From positions 6,144,001 through 6,208,000 of the forward strand of contig CBDDPY010000002.1 of NCBI GenBank assembly GCA_965232515.1: 64,000 nucleotides of DNA, given 5' to 3'. Of this stretch, positions 60,711 through 64,000 are shown one piece after another. The stretch comes from Alphaproteobacteria bacterium (GTDB lineage Bacteria; Pseudomonadota; Alphaproteobacteria; GCA-2731375). Below the pieces are notes generated by a model. The model was given only the letters and a program-made list of their open reading frames with translations. It was not told the origin of the DNA and did no database searches. Each line of letters begins with the position of its first letter. The stretch's first letter is position 1. The position numbers and the translations under genes are program-made.

Positions 60711-61973
60711 TTACGAAAATCGCGCCGGCCGATAGGGCGCGAGGTCGATGTTGGGTCGGCGGCCGGCGATCAGGTCGGCGAGCAGACGCCCTGTCTTGGG
60801 TCCACCCGTAAGACCGATATGGTGGTGGCCGAAACCGAGATAGGCGCCGGCGGCGCCGGGCGCCTCGCCGATGATCGGGATCGAATCGGCAGGCGCCGGG
60901 CGGTGACCCATCCATTCCCGCGTCTCGCGCCAGGTCAGGCCGGGCATCGCCTGGCGCGCCCGTTTCGTGAGCAGTTCGAAGGGCTTACGGCTGGGCGGCG
61001 CGTCCAGACCGCCAAATTCGACGATGCCGGCGAGCCGCAGGCGGCCGTCCATCGGCGTGGCGACGAACTTGCCGGCGGCGACCATCACCGGCGCGCGCGG
61101 CATCAGGCTGGGTTCGATCAGCTCGAGATGATAGCCGCGCTCGCTTTCCAGTGGCACGCGCAGGCCCAACTTGGCCGCGAGCGGGCCGGACCAGACGCCG
61201 GTCGCGATGATGGCGGCGTCGCAGGGAATCGGTCCCTGGTCGGTGGCGATGCCCGTGACGCGGCCATTTTCGCGAATCACGTCCGCGACGTCGGCCTTGA
61301 CGACACGTCCGCCCGAGGCCGCGACATGCGTGGCCAGGTCTTTGACATATTGGCCGGGGTCGGTAATGTGGCCGTGGTTCGGCACGCGTACGGCGAAATC
61401 GAACCCGTCGCCGAAGGCCGGATCGTAATTGCGGAACGCCGGCTTCTCCAGTTCTTCCCACTCGAACCCGTGGGCCCGACGCAGGTTCCAACCGAAGGCA
61501 TCGGCCTCGAAACCGGCCCGGTCGCCATAAACGAAGACATAGTCCGAGGCCGAGATCCATTTCTCGGCGCCGGTGCCGTCGGCGAGCGCCCGGTGCTGAT
61601 CCAGGCTGTCGCCGACAATGGGTTCGAGCGCCGCGGCGATGCGCCGGGTCTCTTCCGGACGGCAATGGCGCAGGTATTTGATCAACCACGGCAGCAGTTT
61701 CGGCAGATAGGACCAGCGCAGGAACAGCGGGCTCTCGGGATCGGCCAGCATGCCCGGCGCCTTGCCAATGAGGCCCGGCACCGTGACCGGCACGATCGAA
61801 CACGACGCCAACACGCCGCCGTTGCCGTAGGAGGTGCCTTCGCCTGGGGCGAGCCGATCGACGAGCGTGATCTGATATCCGGCACGCTGCAGCCAGACCG
61901 CTGCCGAGACGCCGACGATGCCGGCGCCGACAACGGCGACATGGCGTTCGGTCGTGTCCTGGTTCATCGGCAT
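60711..61973 (-). CDS. FAD-dependent D-amino acid dehydrogenase family (DadA-like)
   Basis: VVGAGIVG, TSYGNGG, SERGYH, WMGHRP..DSIP, GHHHIGLT. Confidence 0.9.
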   Translation of the reverse strand: MPMNQDTTERHVAVVGAGIVGVSAAVWLQRAGYQITLVDRLAPGEGTSYGNGGVLASCSIVPVTVPGLIGKAPGMLADPESPLFLRWSYLPKLLPWLIKYLRHCRPEETRRIAAALEPIVGDSLDQHRALADGTGAEKWISASDYVFVYGDRAGFEADAFGWNLRRAHGFEWEELEKPAFRNYDPAFGDGFDFAVRVPNHGHITDPGQYVKDLATHVAASGGRVVKADVADVIRENGRVTGIATDQGPIPCDAAIIATGVWSGPLAAKLGLRVPLESERGYHLELIEPSLMPRAPVMVAAGKFVATPMDGRLRLAGIVEFGGLDAPPSRKPFELLTKRARQAMPGLTWRETREWMGHRPAPADSIPIIGEAPGAAGAYLGFGHHHIGLTGGPKTGRLLADLIAGRRPNIDLAPYRPARFS

Positions 61974-62084
61974 TCTGTTTTGTGGGGTATCTGTGGCCGG
62001 TTGTTGCCGTTGGCGCGACGCGACTAAGCTAGGCGGCGTGCGGATCGCCGGTCAAACATATTGCCGGCACAAGGGAGAAGAGCG

Positions 62085-62819
62085 ATGACCAAGGTCAGCG
62101 GCGGCAAGGCCGTCTACGGCGCCGCGGTCGGTATCCTGATGCTGGAGGCGCGGTTTCCGCGCATTCCCGGGGATATGGGCAATGCGCTGACCTGGCCGTT
62201 TCCCGTGCATTACCGGGTCGTGCGCGACGCCTCGCCGGACCGGGTTGTGCGGCGGCGCGCCGAGGGCCTTCTCGACGCTTTCGTCGCGGCCGGCCGAGAC
62301 CTGGTCGCCGACGGCGCCGACGGCATCACCACCAATTGCGGGTTCCTGTCGCTTTACCAAGCCGAACTTTCGGAAGCGCTCGACGTGCCGGTGGCGACGT
62401 CGTCGCTGATGCAGGCGCCGCTGATCCAGGCGACGCTGCCGCCCGGCCGGCGTGTTGGCGTTCTGACGATCTCGCCATCGTCCCTGAGCCCCGAGCACTT
62501 GGACGCGGCAGGCGTCGATCCCGCAACGCCCGTTGGCGGCACCGACGAATCAGGCGCTTTCTGCCGAGCGATCCTTGGCAACGAGATGTTGCTGGATGTG
62601 GCGGCGGCGCGACGCGACAACGTCGAAGCGGCGGTCCGGCTTGTGGCCGATCATCCTGATCTCGGCGCGCTTCTGTTGGAGTGCACGAACATGATCCCTT
62701 ATGCCGCCGATGTCCGCGCTGCCACCGGCCTGCCGGTCTATTCGATCTACAACTTCGTGACCTGGTTCCACTCGGCGCTGAGCCCGCGCCGATTTCCGCC
62801 GCCGGTCACAGCGGCCTAG
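62085..62819 (+). CDS. Aspartate/glutamate racemase family protein
   Basis: ITTNCGF and LECTNM Cys motifs; RFPRIPGD. Confidence 0.85.
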   Translation: MTKVSGGKAVYGAAVGILMLEARFPRIPGDMGNALTWPFPVHYRVVRDASPDRVVRRRAEGLLDAFVAAGRDLVADGADGITTNCGFLSLYQAELSEALDVPVATSSLMQAPLIQATLPPGRRVGVLTISPSSLSPEHLDAAGVDPATPVGGTDESGAFCRAILGNEMLLDVAAARRDNVEAAVRLVADHPDLGALLLECTNMIPYAADVRAATGLPVYSIYNFVTWFHSALSPRRFPPPVTAA

Positions 62820-63664
62820 GGCCATTTCGCCATCGGCGGCATCGACATCAGGATGGCCTCGGTATTGCCGCCAGTGCGCAGGCCGAACTGGGTGCCGCGG
62901 TCGTGCAGCAGGTTGAACTCGACATAGCGGCCGCGGCGGACGAGCTGGTGCTCGCGCTCGGCTTCGGTCCAGGTTTCGTTGAAGTGCTGGCGGACGATGC
63001 GCGGATAAACCTCCAAGAAGGCCCGGCCGACGTCCTGGGTGAAGGCGAAATCCGCCGTCCAGTCGTTGTCGAGATAGTCGTAGAAGATCCCGCCGACGCC
63101 GCGCGGCTCGCCCCGGTGCGGCAGGTAGAAGTATTCGTCGCACCATTTCTTGAAACGCTCGTAGTAGTCGGCGCCGTGCTTGTCGCAGGCCGAACGAAGG
63201 GCGTCGTGAAAGGCCGCCGTGTCGTCCTCATCCGGCGTCATCGGCGTCAGGTCGGCGCCGCCGCCGAACCAGGATTTGGTGGTGACGATATGGCGGGTGT
63301 TCATATGGACCGCCGGCACCAGGGGCGAGCACATATGCGCGACCAGGCTGATGCCGCTGGCCCAGAAACGCGGGTCGGTCTCGGCGCCGGGGATGCGTTG
63401 CCGGAACTCCTCGGAGAACTCGCCCCAGACGGTCGAGACGTTAACGCCGACCTTCTCGAAGACCCGCCCGCGCATGACCGACATGACGCCGCCGCCGCCG
63501 TCGGGCCGATCCCACGCGGTACGCTCGAAGCGCCCGGCCGGCCGATCCTTGAGCGGCCCGGCATAGTCGTCCTCGATGGCTTCGAAGGCGGCGCAGATAC
63601 CGTCGCGCAGCCGCTCGAACCAGGCTCTCGCCGTCGCCTTGCCGTCTTCCATGGCCTCATTCAT
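62816..63664 (-). CDS. hemF: Oxygen-dependent coproporphyrinogen III oxidase
   Basis: [37 protein letters not shown]. Confidence 0.95.
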   Translation of the reverse strand: MNEAMEDGKATARAWFERLRDGICAAFEAIEDDYAGPLKDRPAGRFERTAWDRPDGGGGVMSVMRGRVFEKVGVNVSTVWGEFSEEFRQRIPGAETDPRFWASGISLVAHMCSPLVPAVHMNTRHIVTTKSWFGGGADLTPMTPDEDDTAAFHDALRSACDKHGADYYERFKKWCDEYFYLPHRGEPRGVGGIFYDYLDNDWTADFAFTQDVGRAFLEVYPRIVRQHFNETWTEAEREHQLVRRGRYVEFNLLHDRGTQFGLRTGGNTEAILMSMPPMAKWP

Positions 63665-63668
63665 GCGT

Positions 63669-64000
63669 TCACACCAGGTTTTCGAAACCGCCGGTTTGCC
63701 GCAGTGCCTCGCCCAACACCAAGCCAGCGGCCAACGCGACGTTGAGAGAGCGGGCGCCATCGCGCATCGGCACCCGCACCGCCAGATCGGCCGCCGCGTG
63801 AACGGTGTCCGGCACGCCGGCCGACTCGCGGCCAACCAGCAGGACGTCGTCGGCCGCGTAGGCGGCTTCCGTGTAGGCGATACGGCCGGCCGTGGTCAAC
63901 AGCACCAGCCGTCCACCGCGCGCCAGCCGGAACGAATCCCAGGAAGCGTGCCTCCGAACATCGACGAGCGGCGCATAGTCCATCGCCGACCGCTTGAGCT
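63669..64000 (-). CDS. trmL: tRNA (cytidine/uridine-34-2'-O)-methyltransferase, 5' end outside the window
   Basis: [26 protein letters not shown] SpoU motifs. Confidence 0.88.
   Translation of the reverse strand, partial: LKRSAMDYAPLVDVRRHASWDSFRLARGGRLVLLTTAGRIAYTEAAYAADDVLLVGRESAGVPDTVHAAADLAVRVPMRDGARSLNVALAAGLVLGEALRQTGGFENLV

Overview
High-GC window that looks alphaproteobacterial (Rhodospirillales-like, inferred from gene content and a CtrA box). Most of it is ordinary metabolism: ilvD, an acyl-CoA catabolic cluster, glycerol glpRDK plus an ABC importer, a TRAP system, hemF and a partial trmL. Two regions stand out. (1) About 32.0-44.5 kb is a Fap-type functional-amyloid locus: three Asn/Gln-rich three-repeat subunits, a C39 peptidase, a FapE-like lipoprotein, a FapF-like barrel and an orphan solute-binding protein. 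It sits beside an apparently undescribed regulatory module made of a FeeM/ExoAT-type N-acyl amino acid synthase, three paralogous PAS-LuxR-HTH regulators with near-identical recognition helices, and two 63-aa paralogous microproteins, each tail-to-tail with a regulator. The module also has a recurring CCYCATTTGGGR palindrome and sigma54, CRP-like and CtrA sites. (2) At 27.7-29.4 kb a UGSC-family selenoprotein is split in the ORF track by an in-frame UGA followed by a SECIS-like hairpin; it shares an apparent operon with an EctD-like dioxygenase. All assignments come from motif recognition by eye; no searches were run. No rRNA, tRNA, CRISPR array or transposase was seen.
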